DNA from: Nitrosopumilus sp.
GTDB lineage: Archaea > Thermoproteota > Nitrososphaeria > Nitrososphaerales > Nitrosopumilaceae
Direction: 5' to 3'
Assembly (NCBI GenBank): GCA_965197525.1
Contig: OZ240211.1
Coordinates: forward strand, 1,216,001 to 1,280,000
DNA: 64,000 nt
The notes below the pieces were generated by a model. The model was given only the letters and a program-made list of their open reading frames with translations. It searched no databases and had not been told where the DNA came from. Both the position numbers and the translations under genes were made by a program. Positions within the stretch are counted from its first letter, which is position 1, and the number at the start of each line of letters is the position of its first letter. Of this stretch, positions 48,858-59,673 are shown in pieces.

Positions 48858-50456
48858 ATGAGGACAAAAATAACATCGCTGCTGATAATGGCAACTCTTA
48901 TTGCCTTTGCACCATCATCAAATGCATATGCAGATTTCACACCAGATCCGCCAAAACCAGATCAAGAATTTAATTTAATTGGGGCTGGAGCAACGTTTCC
49001 GTTCCCTCTAATTGATTTATGGAGAGTTGAATACAAAAATGTATACGACAATGTAAATCTAAACTATCAGTCAATTGGAAGTGGCGGCGGTATCAAACAG
49101 CATATTGAAAGAACTGTAAACTTTGCAGCATCAGATAAACCGATGAGTGAATCAGAACGAGAATTGGTTCCAGGCACACTACACATCCCCGAATCAATTG
49201 GCGGAGTAGTGTTAGTGTACAACATTCCAGAAGTTCCTGACAGAGGACTCAAACTAACAGCGGATGCTATTGCAAGTATGTTCTTAGGGGATATTACAAG
49301 ATGGGACGATCCTGTAATAGCTGCAGAAAATCCGGGATTGAATCTTCCAGATAAGGAGATCGTCACAGCACATAGATCAGATGGTTCTGGGACAACGTTC
49401 ATCTTTACTGACTATCTAAGTGTCGTCAGTCCAACATGGGATGAACAGATAGGTAAAGGAAAATCGGTACCATGGCCTTCAGGTCTTGCTGCTGCAGGAA
49501 ATGAAGGTGTTGCGGGAATTATAAAATCTACAGAATACGCAATTGGATATGTTGAACTAGCTTATGCGTTCCAAACTGGAATGACTTATGCATCAGTGCA
49601 GAATGCTGAGAAAAGTGCATTTATCGAGCCTACATTAGACAGTATCTCTGCAGCATCAAGTGGTGTATCTGATAGTTTGCCTGCCGCAGAGGAGAGTTGG
49701 GTTGATGTATCACTTATCAATGCACCCGGAGCTGAATCCTATCCCATTGCTAGTTTTACATATCTACTTGTGTACGACGATCTAGAACCGGTAACCAGAG
49801 ATAGAGAACAGGCAAAAGCTGTAATCCACTTGATCAATTGGATGATCACTGATGGTCAGAGATATTCACCAAGTCTATTGTATGTTCCATTAACAGACAG
49901 TATTATAAAATTGGGCCAAGATGGACTATCCACAATAACCTATGGAGGTGAGCCATTGATAGGAGCAGAATCATCATCAAATGATTCAGAGATGATGATG
50001 GAGAAAGACGACGAGAGCGATACAGGAACACCACAAACACCTAAAGAATCAGACGGTGATTCTGCTGATAATAGTGGCGGCTGTCTAATAGCTACTGCTA
50101 CGTTTGGTTCTGAACTAGCACCACAAGTTCAACAATTACGAGAGATACGTGATAATCAACTGATGAGTACAAATTCGGGCATAATGTTCATGTCTGGATT
50201 TAACCAGCTATACTACGCATTCTCACCAACAGTTGCTGACATAGAAAGAGAGAATCCGATAGTCAAAGAGACTGTAAAGATTGCAATCACTCCATTACTG
50301 TCTTCATTAGTAATAATGGAGAATGCCCAAACCGAATCTGAAGTTTTGGGATATGGAATAAGTGTAATCCTAATGAATGTTGGATTGTATCTAGCAGCAC
50401 CGGCCGTGTTACTCTATGGAATAGGTAAGACAATAAAGAAGAGAAGCGACTCTTAA
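48858..50456 (+). CDS. pstS: Phosphate ABC transporter substrate-binding protein with C-terminal CFI-box-like domain
   Basis: GAGATFP, YQSIGSGGG, HRSDGSGTT, GYVELAYA; C-terminal GGCLIATATFGSELAPQVQ.LRE.RD and TM. Confidence 0.96.
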   Translation: MRTKITSLLIMATLIAFAPSSNAYADFTPDPPKPDQEFNLIGAGATFPFPLIDLWRVEYKNVYDNVNLNYQSIGSGGGIKQHIERTVNFAASDKPMSESERELVPGTLHIPESIGGVVLVYNIPEVPDRGLKLTADAIASMFLGDITRWDDPVIAAENPGLNLPDKEIVTAHRSDGSGTTFIFTDYLSVVSPTWDEQIGKGKSVPWPSGLAAAGNEGVAGIIKSTEYAIGYVELAYAFQTGMTYASVQNAEKSAFIEPTLDSISAASSGVSDSLPAAEESWVDVSLINAPGAESYPIASFTYLLVYDDLEPVTRDREQAKAVIHLINWMITDGQRYSPSLLYVPLTDSIIKLGQDGLSTITYGGEPLIGAESSSNDSEMMMEKDDESDTGTPQTPKESDGDSADNSGGCLIATATFGSELAPQVQQLREIRDNQLMSTNSGIMFMSGFNQLYYAFSPTVADIERENPIVKETVKIAITPLLSSLVIMENAQTESEVLGYGISVILMNVGLYLAAPAVLLYGIGKTIKKRSDS

Positions 50457-50502
50457 AATCTCATAATTTTTTATTTTTATTTCATATCATCAAACGGCTA
50501 TG

Positions 50503-50519
50503 ATGAATCTATATAGTAC
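50503..50519. promoter_or_regulatory. Candidate phosphate-regulon operator upstream of pstC
   Basis: ATGAATCTATATAGTAC, 16/17 identical to the site upstream of pstS. Confidence 0.5.
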
Positions 50520-50581
50520 TATGATATGTTTATAGAACATAATGATCTATTAGATAACCCCACTTGCACCCGTGAAGACTA

Positions 50582-51556
50582 TTGGAGAAGAAGATACCAT
50601 ACCAAAAACCGAAGAGGTATTCTCTCTCCGATAAAATATTCAAGCTTGCAGTGACAATAGCAGGCGTCTTTGTTTTAGTTATGATTGCGTTGCTAGTCTT
50701 TGAGCTGGTTGCTGAATCCTACCCAATCTGGGAAGAAGAAGGATTGTCGTTTATCACAAAGACGGATTGGAATGCAGTAGAGGGAAGGGAATCGTTTGGC
50801 GTACTGCCGTATATCTTGGGTACGCTAGTTACAGCATCTCTTGCAATGCTGATTGGGGTTCCACTAAGTATCGGAATTGCAATGTTTATCTCTGATGCGC
50901 CTGCCAAGATTGGTGGTCCATTAGGTTTTGTAGTTGAGCTTTTAGCTGCTGTTCCTAGTGTAATTTATGGCCTATGGGGGCTCTTTATATTTAGAATTTA
51001 TTTCAAAGATTGGATTGAAGAACCACTACATGAGGCATTTGGTGATTCAATATTTTTATTTTCAGGAACGCCGTTTGGACTAGATATTTTGACTGCAAGT
51101 GTTATCTTGGCTATTATGATTATTCCTACGGTATCTGCAGTATCGCGTGAGGTAATGAAAGCAGTCCCACAACAGCAAAAGGAGGCAGCGTACATGTTAG
51201 GTGCAACAAAATGGGAAATGTTTAGACTGGCCATATTCCCATTCTCAAAGACAGGATTGATTGGAGCATCTATCCTTGGATTAGGCAGAGCGGTGGGAGA
51301 AACAATGGCAGTAACTATGCTAATTGGAAACGCTACAGGCATCGCTGCAATTCCATCTTCTTTCTTCAAAGCAAGTCAAACGATGCCTAGTATTATTGCA
51401 AATGAATTTGTAGAAGCGTCTCCTGCGTCGTTGCATCTGCCTGCGCTGATTGGAGTTGCTCTAGTTCTGTTACTAATTGCAATGGCTATCAATATTGTTG
51501 CACATGTTTTAGTTACAAGAATGCTCAAAGTAAATGAGGGAGCAATCAATAATTGA
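50582..51556 (+). CDS. pstC: Phosphate ABC transporter permease PstC
   Basis: ELLAAVPSVIYGLWG, EAAYMLGATKWE, LGRAVGETMAV. Confidence 0.96.
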   Translation: MEKKIPYQKPKRYSLSDKIFKLAVTIAGVFVLVMIALLVFELVAESYPIWEEEGLSFITKTDWNAVEGRESFGVLPYILGTLVTASLAMLIGVPLSIGIAMFISDAPAKIGGPLGFVVELLAAVPSVIYGLWGLFIFRIYFKDWIEEPLHEAFGDSIFLFSGTPFGLDILTASVILAIMIIPTVSAVSREVMKAVPQQQKEAAYMLGATKWEMFRLAIFPFSKTGLIGASILGLGRAVGETMAVTMLIGNATGIAAIPSSFFKASQTMPSIIANEFVEASPASLHLPALIGVALVLLLIAMAINIVAHVLVTRMLKVNEGAINN

Positions 51557-52488
51557 CTGCCGATATTGCAGTTAGAAGACAAGAGTATAGGAAACTCTTC
51601 AAACAGAATGTAAAGAAGAGATTACTAGTCGATAAGATAGTAAAGATCATCATCATCTCATGTGTTATAATAGCAATCATTCCATTGGGTAGTATTCTAA
51701 TCGAAGTCTTCAAAAATGGTGTAGCGGCAATAAGTTATGAATTTTTAACAGAGACTCCTGGAGCTATAGGTTCGGGCGAGGGCGGAATTGGGCCGGCAAT
51801 TCAAGGTACTCTGATAATAATTGGATTAGCGAGTTTAATTGGAGTTCCGATAGGTGTAATGTCTGGGATTTACTTATCAGAGTATGATAACAATCAACTC
51901 ACAAAATCTATCAGATTTTTTAATGATGTCTTTATGGAGTTTCCATCAATCGTATTGGGGATATTTGCATTCTTGGTAATTGTTTTGATTCTTGGACATT
52001 TTTCAGTCTGGGCTGGTGCGTTTGCATTAGCTTTAATCATGTTTCCTATTGTAGGAAGAACCACAGAAGAATCCCTAAAGATGGTTCCAATCACGTATCG
52101 TGAAGCAGGAACAGCTTTAGGTTTGAAAAAATGGGTGATAACATTCAGAATTGTCATCTCTGCTGCAAAGAGCGGAATGATTACTGGGATTTTACTCTCT
52201 GTTTCCAGAATTGGTGGTGAGACTGCTCCTTTGATAATGACGATTCTTGGGAGTAGTCAATTCTTTAGCGGTCTGGATGTTCCTATGGATGCCTTGCCTT
52301 TAAGAATATGGAGACTGTCTCTATTGCCTTATGATAGTGCACAGCTACAGGGTTGGGGCGCTGCTCTGGTCTTAATCATAATTATTCTAGGAATTAATCT
52401 TGGTGTCAGATACTTTTTTGCAAATAGAGGTAACAGGTTTGGATTCTCCAAACAATTAATTAAAAAAGGGATAGGTAGAAGATATTGA
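51553..52488 (+). CDS. pstA: Phosphate ABC transporter permease PstA
   Basis: [31 protein letters not shown]. Confidence 0.96.
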   Translation: MTADIAVRRQEYRKLFKQNVKKRLLVDKIVKIIIISCVIIAIIPLGSILIEVFKNGVAAISYEFLTETPGAIGSGEGGIGPAIQGTLIIIGLASLIGVPIGVMSGIYLSEYDNNQLTKSIRFFNDVFMEFPSIVLGIFAFLVIVLILGHFSVWAGAFALALIMFPIVGRTTEESLKMVPITYREAGTALGLKKWVITFRIVISAAKSGMITGILLSVSRIGGETAPLIMTILGSSQFFSGLDVPMDALPLRIWRLSLLPYDSAQLQGWGAALVLIIIILGINLGVRYFFANRGNRFGFSKQLIKKGIGRRY

Positions 52489-53321
52489 TAGCGTTGAGTG
52501 TTAAACCAACTGTGGTGGAAAGAAAAATCTCTTCTTCAAGGCCGCAAATAGACGTTGATTCTGAGAAATACAAGATGATAGCAGAAGATGTAACAATTAG
52601 CTACAATGGAGTCAAGGCTGTCAAAAACATCACGATGAAGTTTAAAGAAAAATCAGTTACAGCATTAATTGGCCCTTCGGGTTGTGGAAAGACCACGTTT
52701 CTTCGCTGTCTTAACAGAATGCATGATATGACAAAAAATGCAGTCGTAACCGGTAAGGTGATGATTGACGATATTGACTTGTATGACAAGTCAATTGATC
52801 CTATTTATCATAGACGGAAAGTCGGCATGGTCTTTCAGAAGCCAAATCCATTTCCAACAATGTCCATCTATGATAATGTTGTAGCAGGTTTAAAACTAAA
52901 TGGAATCCGAGATAAAAAAATCCTAAACGAGATTACAGAAGATTCCTTAAAGATGGCATATTTGTGGGATGAAGTCAAAGATGATCTTAAAAAATCTGCA
53001 ATGGAGTTATCGGGAGGACAGCAGCAACGTCTCTGTATTGCAAGAGCACTTGCAATTCAACCGGAGGTTTTGTTGATGGATGAGCCTGCATCGGCCTTGG
53101 ATCCAATTGCTACTCAAAAGATAGAAGAGACCATTACTGAATTAAAGAAAGATTATACAATAATTATTGTAACTCATAATATGCAACAAGCAGTAAGATT
53201 GTCAGACTATACTGGATTTATGTATCTAGGAGATTTGGTTGAATTTAGAGAGACAAAAAAATTGTTTACGGACCCAAAGAATGAGTTAACTGCAAAGTAT
53301 GTGCAAGGGCAGTTTGGTTAA
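52485..53321 (+). CDS. pstB: Phosphate ABC transporter ATPase PstB
   Basis: [48 protein letters not shown]. Confidence 0.97.
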   Translation: MIALSVKPTVVERKISSSRPQIDVDSEKYKMIAEDVTISYNGVKAVKNITMKFKEKSVTALIGPSGCGKTTFLRCLNRMHDMTKNAVVTGKVMIDDIDLYDKSIDPIYHRRKVGMVFQKPNPFPTMSIYDNVVAGLKLNGIRDKKILNEITEDSLKMAYLWDEVKDDLKKSAMELSGGQQQRLCIARALAIQPEVLLMDEPASALDPIATQKIEETITELKKDYTIIIVTHNMQQAVRLSDYTGFMYLGDLVEFRETKKLFTDPKNELTAKYVQGQFG

Positions 53322-53993
53322 ATGACTCGGTTAATTGATCCCTCGTTACAAAAACTCTCGTTTATCATGGCAGAGATGGGAGACATGGTTATTGAATCAA
53401 TCTCATTAGCCACTGACTCTTATCTTGATGGTACAAATACCATGGACAAGGTTTTGGCGTTATCTGATGCTATTCGTTCAAAATATTTCGAAGTCGAGGA
53501 TTTGACGTTTGATATGCTGTTACGATTTCAGCCTGTCGCAGATGATTTTCGACTGATTCGCTCCTCCACTGAAATTTCTTATGCATTTTCAAGATTTGGA
53601 AGATATGCATATGACATCACTCAAGTCAGGGATCTGTTTGGGGATGTCTCAGAATGTACTAACGCATCTCTTATCGAATGCACAAAAAAAGTCAAACATA
53701 TGATTAAAGAGGCCGTATTGTCATTTGCAGAATTGGATGTACGAAAAGCAATTAAGATTAGAGAGGATGAGAAGACAATTGATCAAATATATAGAGACAG
53801 ACTCGGGAAATTAATCCAATCAAAGAATACAAAATGCGCTCTTGCCGAAGTGCTGTTGTTAAGATATTTGGAACGTATTGGAGATCATGCAGTCTTTATG
53901 AGTGATGCTATAAACTACATAGTAACAGGGAAACATAGACCCAGTGAGAAACGAATAGAATCGCATTTGAAACAAGATCAAGACAAATCCTGA
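53322..53993 (+). CDS. phoU: Phosphate transport regulator PhoU
   Basis: Two PhoU repeats (RFQPVADD.R; YLERIGDHA). Confidence 0.9.
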   Translation: MTRLIDPSLQKLSFIMAEMGDMVIESISLATDSYLDGTNTMDKVLALSDAIRSKYFEVEDLTFDMLLRFQPVADDFRLIRSSTEISYAFSRFGRYAYDITQVRDLFGDVSECTNASLIECTKKVKHMIKEAVLSFAELDVRKAIKIREDEKTIDQIYRDRLGKLIQSKNTKCALAEVLLLRYLERIGDHAVFMSDAINYIVTGKHRPSEKRIESHLKQDQDKS

Positions 53994-54158
53994 TTGCGTG
54001 CATAGGTGTAATCAGTATGTTGAAGTTGTGTGCGAATCTATTTTTTTGTAAAGTTTGATAGATTAGTCTACAAGCAGATCTTGGCTTGTATTTTAATAGA
54101 TATGATTAATCTAAGTGCTAGTACAAAATAGAGTAGAAAAATAAAGAATTGTATTCGA

Positions 54159-54632
54159 CTATTCCAGTATGGATCGTAGCATCCATGCTGTTTTTTCATG
54201 CTTTTCAATGAGTGCTGTAAGAAAATCTTCGGTGCCTACATCGTTGTGTCTCTCACAAGACACGACATCCTGGCGGAGTGTACGAATGATTTTTTCATGA
54301 TCAGATAACAGATTTTGAATCATGATGCCAGCTGAAGGATAATCTTTAGGAGCTTCTTCTAATCTTGTACTATCTACAAATTCGTGTAGAGTTCCAGGAG
54401 ATTTTGCTCCTAATGATCTAATTCTTTCTGCAATATCATCGATATCACTGTCGATCTCATCGTATTGTTCCTCAAACATCTTGTGATATTCACTAAAATC
54501 TGACCCAGTTACGTTCCAATGATAGTTTCTAGTCTTGGTGTAAAGAACATACTCGTCAGCCAAGAGTTTTGAGAGAATGTCGACCACGCCTGTACGATCT
54601 TGTTCTTTGATGCCTATGTTTACATCAGTCAT
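54159..54632 (-). CDS. dps: Dps family ferritin-like protein
   Basis: KTRNYHWNV.G..F...H..FEEQY, DDIAERIR, HEK.AWML. Confidence 0.95.
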   Translation of the reverse strand: MTDVNIGIKEQDRTGVVDILSKLLADEYVLYTKTRNYHWNVTGSDFSEYHKMFEEQYDEIDSDIDDIAERIRSLGAKSPGTLHEFVDSTRLEEAPKDYPSAGIMIQNLLSDHEKIIRTLRQDVVSCERHNDVGTEDFLTALIEKHEKTAWMLRSILE

Positions 54633-54667
54633 ACAATAGTATGATATTTATTCTTAATTAAATGTTA

Positions 54668-54684
54668 TTAATAATAATTATTAA
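54668..54684. promoter_or_regulatory. Candidate Fur/PerR box between divergent dps and fur-family genes
   Basis: Perfect 8-1-8 palindrome TTAATAAT-A-ATTATTAA. Confidence 0.55.
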
Positions 54685-54725
54685 AAGAGAATAGATATTA
54701 AATAGAAAATCTAATCACAAATACA

Positions 54726-55151
54726 ATGCAACAACTAGAACAGATTATAAAATCATTAAAGGATAAAGGTCTCAGAATTACTCCACAGAGAACTGCAATC
54801 ATGCACTATCTGTTAAATACGGTAGAGCATCCCAGTGCTGAGCAAATTTACAAAAAAATTCGACAGAGTTATCCGATGATAAGCTTGTCGACAGTATACA
54901 AAACGTTAGACATGTTAAAAGAGAAAGAGATGGTAAATGGAATTGAAGTTCAAGGAGAGATGAGGTTTGATGCACATATAGATGAGCACCTAAATTTAAT
55001 CTGTATTGATTGTGGAAAAATCAAAGATGTTGACGAAGGTTCAATAAAAGAGATCCGAAAACGGGCTGCCGGTAAATCAAGGTATCGTATCTTAAAGAGT
55101 AATTTTGAATTGTTTGGGTATTGTAATGTTTGTAAATCAAAATTCAAGTAG
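54726..55151 (+). CDS. Fur/PerR family transcriptional regulator
   Basis: LRITPQR, HPSAEQIY, STVYKTL, HLNLICIDCG, GYCNVC. Confidence 0.93.
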   Translation: MQQLEQIIKSLKDKGLRITPQRTAIMHYLLNTVEHPSAEQIYKKIRQSYPMISLSTVYKTLDMLKEKEMVNGIEVQGEMRFDAHIDEHLNLICIDCGKIKDVDEGSIKEIRKRAAGKSRYRILKSNFELFGYCNVCKSKFK

Positions 55152-55393
55152 GTTGTTTAGAGTATAACATTATAAAAAAATTCTTGCGTAATATAATAGA
55201 ATTGAGATGATAGTGGAATAATTAATTGCTAGTTCCTAAAAATAAAGAGAATGGCACATCAACACTGATATGTATAATATATGATACATTTTAGGCACCA
55301 AACAATCATTATTTGCATGTATTCAGCCTAAATCGTGTTATTGGTTAATCTGATAAATTAAGATTTATAACTAAATCGAGTAAAAAAACATAG

Positions 55394-55792
55394 ATGGAGC
55401 TAGTAAAACAGGTCATCAAAGAGATTGGAACCAAGACAAGAGAGTTTTATGAGTTTGTCCTGCCTCCTATTGATATGTATCTAAACGATGATAGCCTCAA
55501 GGTGGTAATTGACATTCCGGGATTTGAGAAAAAAGATATCAAACTAACACTGTCTGAGAATATTCTATCAATTAAAGCTGCAAAGACGGGGGGAAAGGAG
55601 GATGATCAGAAAGATGGGAAAACACAGACGCCTGTAGTAAATCAGAGACCAAACATCATTGATAAGAAGATCAGATTGCCAGTTGAGATTAAACAGGGTG
55701 AAGAAGAGATAGAATCTGCCAAATTAAAGGACGGAGTACTTGTATTGATTATTCCAGTAAAGAAAACAGGCAAGGATATTTCAATAGAGTGA
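55394..55792 (+). CDS. Small heat shock protein (Hsp20)
   Basis: PPIDM, IDIPG, AKLKDGVLVLIIP alpha-crystallin domain. Confidence 0.9.
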   Translation: MELVKQVIKEIGTKTREFYEFVLPPIDMYLNDDSLKVVIDIPGFEKKDIKLTLSENILSIKAAKTGGKEDDQKDGKTQTPVVNQRPNIIDKKIRLPVEIKQGEEEIESAKLKDGVLVLIIPVKKTGKDISIE

Positions 55793-55797
55793 AACAT

Positions 55798-57372
55798 CTA
55801 ATGTCTTCTAAATAATGCAGAGATTGTCATTATGATGCCAGAGCTGATCATGCCTACTGAGCCTAAAAGTTCGTTTATCTGAAATAGGTATACAGACCCA
55901 AGAAAGATAGAAGAGGCAAATATACTACCGCCAATTAAAACCGTAGGTCTTCTCTTGTTTTGCATATAGAACTGTGATTTATCAAGAAATTGTTCCATCT
56001 CTGGTGCAATTCGGAGCAAGGATTCAACGGATTTAGAAAAAGTAGTAAAAGAAGATTTGAGCTCTTCAACATATCCCCTTGTCATAAGATCCTCTTCTTC
56101 AAATATATTCCTCAACACCTTGACGAATTTGAAATCAACATTATGTGTTTTGTAAATCCCTTCAATTATTGATGCCATTCTCATATACAGCGCTAAATTT
56201 TTTGGCAGCATAAAGGGAAATTTACTCATTGTTTGATTTGCAAGCTCCATCAAACTTTGAACTTCCATCTCATCCGGCCTATTACCATGCATAGCACGAA
56301 TTGATAATTCAATTCCCCGTTCAATTATCATCCTATTAAAGTCAGGTGTCAGCATTCCCAGATCATTCATAGCGTTCACAACGCGGGCAGGATTTTTTTC
56401 AACGAGGGCAAGATAAAGTCGAATTAGTCTAAATCTGGTATCATTGTTTATTTTCCCGACCATCCCATAGTCATATAATATCAACCGCCCATCATTTGTA
56501 ACTGAGATGTTTCCTGGATGTGGGTCTGCGTGAAAGATTGAGTGCTTGAGAAGCATTGTAAAGAAGATTTTGTGAACGTCAACAACTAGTTGTTCTCGAT
56601 TGATGCCCATTTCGTTCAAATCTTTGACGTTGGTAACTTTGATGCCTGGAAGATACTCCATTGTTAGTACGTTTTTGGAGGAGAGATCGTCGAAAACCGT
56701 TGGTACAACTACCTTGCGATTTGACTTCAGATTTTCCTTGATCTTCTTCAAATTTTTGGATTCAATGTTATAATCCATCTCTTCGTAGATTGTTTCGATA
56801 AACTGAGATAGCATTGCCTTTGCAGAGTAGCGTAAGTTGGGATCAACGAATCTTAGTCCCAGCGGAAGTATCTTCTTTAAAACTTTGATATCTTTTGCAA
56901 CAATGTTCTCAATACCGGGTCTTTTTACTTTGATGACAATCTGTTTGCCTGAGACTGATCCTCGATAGACCTGACCTAATGACGCACCTGAGATTGGGTT
57001 TGTATCTATCTCGTCGAATCTATCAGTAAGTGATCCTAGATCATTTTCTATAATTGGTTTTACTTGTGTAAAAGGAGCAGAAGGAACACTATCTTGTAGT
57101 TTCGAGAGTTCAGCCAAGTATGGTTGAGGCAAGATATCTGCTCTTGACGAAAGCCATTGTCCTAGTTTGATGTACACAGGTCCCAATGAAACGAATGTTG
57201 CAAGTGTCTTGCGAGCATTGTTTCTAAATGGTTCCAGATCCAACTCGTATTTTTGTTTTTGATCTTGATCTTTTTGGCGAATCCATTTTTTTCGATCTCG
57301 ACGTAATGCAAGAAATGTGGGTAACAGTTTTAGCAGGACTTTGAGTGCTCTAATAGTATACATCTGATTCAC
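55798..57372 (-). CDS. ABC1/AarF/UbiB family atypical kinase
   Basis: LGPVYIKLGQ, ASLGQV, VIKVKRP, FHADPHPGN, DYGMVG. Confidence 0.94.
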   Translation of the reverse strand: MNQMYTIRALKVLLKLLPTFLALRRDRKKWIRQKDQDQKQKYELDLEPFRNNARKTLATFVSLGPVYIKLGQWLSSRADILPQPYLAELSKLQDSVPSAPFTQVKPIIENDLGSLTDRFDEIDTNPISGASLGQVYRGSVSGKQIVIKVKRPGIENIVAKDIKVLKKILPLGLRFVDPNLRYSAKAMLSQFIETIYEEMDYNIESKNLKKIKENLKSNRKVVVPTVFDDLSSKNVLTMEYLPGIKVTNVKDLNEMGINREQLVVDVHKIFFTMLLKHSIFHADPHPGNISVTNDGRLILYDYGMVGKINNDTRFRLIRLYLALVEKNPARVVNAMNDLGMLTPDFNRMIIERGIELSIRAMHGNRPDEMEVQSLMELANQTMSKFPFMLPKNLALYMRMASIIEGIYKTHNVDFKFVKVLRNIFEEEDLMTRGYVEELKSSFTTFSKSVESLLRIAPEMEQFLDKSQFYMQNKRRPTVLIGGSIFASSIFLGSVYLFQINELLGSVGMISSGIIMTISALFRRH

Positions 57373-57752
57373 TCCAAATATTTTTTAATTTTCTTTGTAG
57401 TAGAATATCCTGCATAACCAGAAACAATGGATGTAATCAAGCTAAAAGCACGATCAGGATTTGTTGGTGATTTATTATGAATGTATTTTTTAATTGCAGA
57501 CGCAGTAAATATACCACATGCCAATCCAACCAAGACTTCAGGCGCATCATGGACTAAATGGCCTATGGGATCTTTTCTGGGATCAATTTTATCGACATGC
57601 ACTAAAAATTTATCATCATATTCACGTATGTGTAAATTACCATAGCGGTACTGTCTTTTAGAACCGTTGCTTTTGCCAAGAAGGGTTACCTCTGCACCTT
57701 CTAACATGAACTCACGTAACTCTTTTGGGACAACTATCTCATCACCGGACAT
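57369..57752 (-). CDS. Conserved hypothetical protein with a C-terminal hydrophobic region
   Basis: QYRYGNLHIREY, VH.D..DP..DP.GHL..DAPE; overlaps the kinase start. Confidence 0.7.
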   Translation of the reverse strand: MSGDEIVVPKELREFMLEGAEVTLLGKSNGSKRQYRYGNLHIREYDDKFLVHVDKIDPRKDPIGHLVHDAPEVLVGLACGIFTASAIKKYIHNKSPTNPDRAFSLITSIVSGYAGYSTTKKIKKYLE

Positions 57753-57929
57753 GATACAAATAGTTCGTAATTGTTTATAACCCTACGCAGTGTCACAGAA
57801 AAGGATTGAGGCTAATATTCAAGAGTTAAATAAAATTGATATCAGCAGATGGGAAATTTTTTGCTAAACATTATGTATAGTTAAAAGAGATTTTTAAATT
57901 ATACATATGTTGAAATTGTTAGAACGATT

Positions 57930-58121
57930 TTATGATTTTAATTGATTTTTTGTAAACGTGTAAAAAGCAATTGAAAATGCTGCAAGCATTAGAATTCCAG
58001 TTATGTATGCAAAGTTAAAATCTGTCGCAAAAACTTTTTGCTGGCTAGAGTAATTATTTATCAGAATTGTTAATAATAACAAGATTAATCCAAGAATGGT
58101 TAGTCTACGATGAGTTTGCAT
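57930..58121 (-). CDS. Small two-TM membrane protein
   Basis: Two hydrophobic helices in 63 aa. Confidence 0.55.
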   Translation of the reverse strand: MQTHRRLTILGLILLLLTILINNYSSQQKVFATDFNFAYITGILMLAAFSIAFYTFTKNQLKS

Positions 58122-58368
58122 ATTGCTACTATTTCAAAATTAATTACGAATTTATACGCTGTTAAATCTGTAGACGTTCTCAGATTTTCGTATTTTTTTT
58201 AAAGCTAAAATTTGAATGTAAGGTGATAAACCCTCAAAGCAAAAAGTTCGATGTGAAGGAAGATGAGATAAAGTAATAATAGTTCTGATTGTTGTCCTAA
58301 TATTAACACGTCATCAAACATCCGATAAATACAAAAGCGCGTTGTACTGGAGACAGGATTTTATCATA

Positions 58369-59673
58369 TTATCCATCATCTGCGCGTCTTTTGCGTTTAG
58401 CTACTATAATAGCTACAACTATGGCTGCTACTATAATAGCTCCAATAATCATTGTATCATAGTCTACTGCTGATGTCTCTTCGATGACTGGTTCGTTGAT
58501 AAAGATGGTTTGTTGCTGAGTTAAAAAGATCTCATCTCTGAGACTGTTTTTGTATCTTAGAGTAATTGTGATATCGTGCTCGCCGTATCTTGGTTCGCCA
58601 TCAAATTCGACTGGAATGTTAAATGGGACCGGGGCGTCAGTCTCAATCTCATCAATAAATTGAGTATTAGGTTTAATATTTGAGCCATCATCCGGCTCAA
58701 CAGTTACAAAACCAAACAATCCACGTTGATTGCCCTCGTTAATTATCTCACCGACAATCACTTGAACATCAGATAGTTCAATTACATCAACATTAAAGAT
58801 GGTAAGATCAATTAGACCCTGCACGTAAAAATCAACTGATTTTGATATCTGCCGTGCTTCGCCATATACATCATAATAGGTAATAGATATAGGAATATGC
58901 AGAGTGTCTCCGATTAGGGATTCTGGGACATATACACTGGTACTGATGTATGCAGTTGATTGGGGATCAACATTGCCAATATGCCAGCTTGAATCAGACA
59001 TTACAATCTTTTCTATATTCATATTTGATGGTTGTGAGGATGCCATAAGATCAGATTGGGTGTTTTCTACAACAACATTGACGTTGGAGATTGGAGCAGT
59101 GCCATCGTTTGTAATTTCAATTACGATGTCGTTTGATTGTAAAGATGTAAGGAATGGTTCTGTAGATTTGACATTTATCACGCTATCGCCTGTCACTTTA
59201 AAGTCAAAGCTAACGAATGTTGTACGAATGCCGGATTCTCTCAAGCGAGAATAATCAACTTTAATAGTTCCTGGATATTCTTGAATTCGTACATTTTGAT
59301 CTATATTCACAGAGAAAGTAAGATAAAAGTCTTCACCGGTTATAGCATTAGCATTACCATCAGAATTAATGATGGCATTTGATCCCGCAGATGACGAGGA
59401 TGAGAAGCCTAATGGGAGTGATAGCTGACCGCTAATACCTGTAATATCATTGCTTCCGATGTTAACTAATACCACTGTAAATGGAACGTTGTTATCGCCG
59501 CTATCAACCTGTATTTTATTACCAGGAGTGCCAAAGTACGCATCAATGTATTTGATATCGCCAAAATCCCTATCAGAAGATGAGCCTGTAATAATCTGAG
59601 CAAAAGAATCATCAAAGATAAGTGGCATCAACGAACCAACTGCGATCACTAGTAGTATTACTTTAAAAGTCAT
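58369..59673 (-). CDS. COG1361-like S-layer/Ig-domain protein associated with the ABC exporter
   Basis: Signal peptide, beta-rich Ig-like repeats (N.G...I.N..V), C-terminal TM followed by KRKRR. Confidence 0.75.
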   Translation of the reverse strand: MTFKVILLVIAVGSLMPLIFDDSFAQIITGSSSDRDFGDIKYIDAYFGTPGNKIQVDSGDNNVPFTVVLVNIGSNDITGISGQLSLPLGFSSSSSAGSNAIINSDGNANAITGEDFYLTFSVNIDQNVRIQEYPGTIKVDYSRLRESGIRTTFVSFDFKVTGDSVINVKSTEPFLTSLQSNDIVIEITNDGTAPISNVNVVVENTQSDLMASSQPSNMNIEKIVMSDSSWHIGNVDPQSTAYISTSVYVPESLIGDTLHIPISITYYDVYGEARQISKSVDFYVQGLIDLTIFNVDVIELSDVQVIVGEIINEGNQRGLFGFVTVEPDDGSNIKPNTQFIDEIETDAPVPFNIPVEFDGEPRYGEHDITITLRYKNSLRDEIFLTQQQTIFINEPVIEETSAVDYDTMIIGAIIVAAIVVAIIVAKRKRRADDG

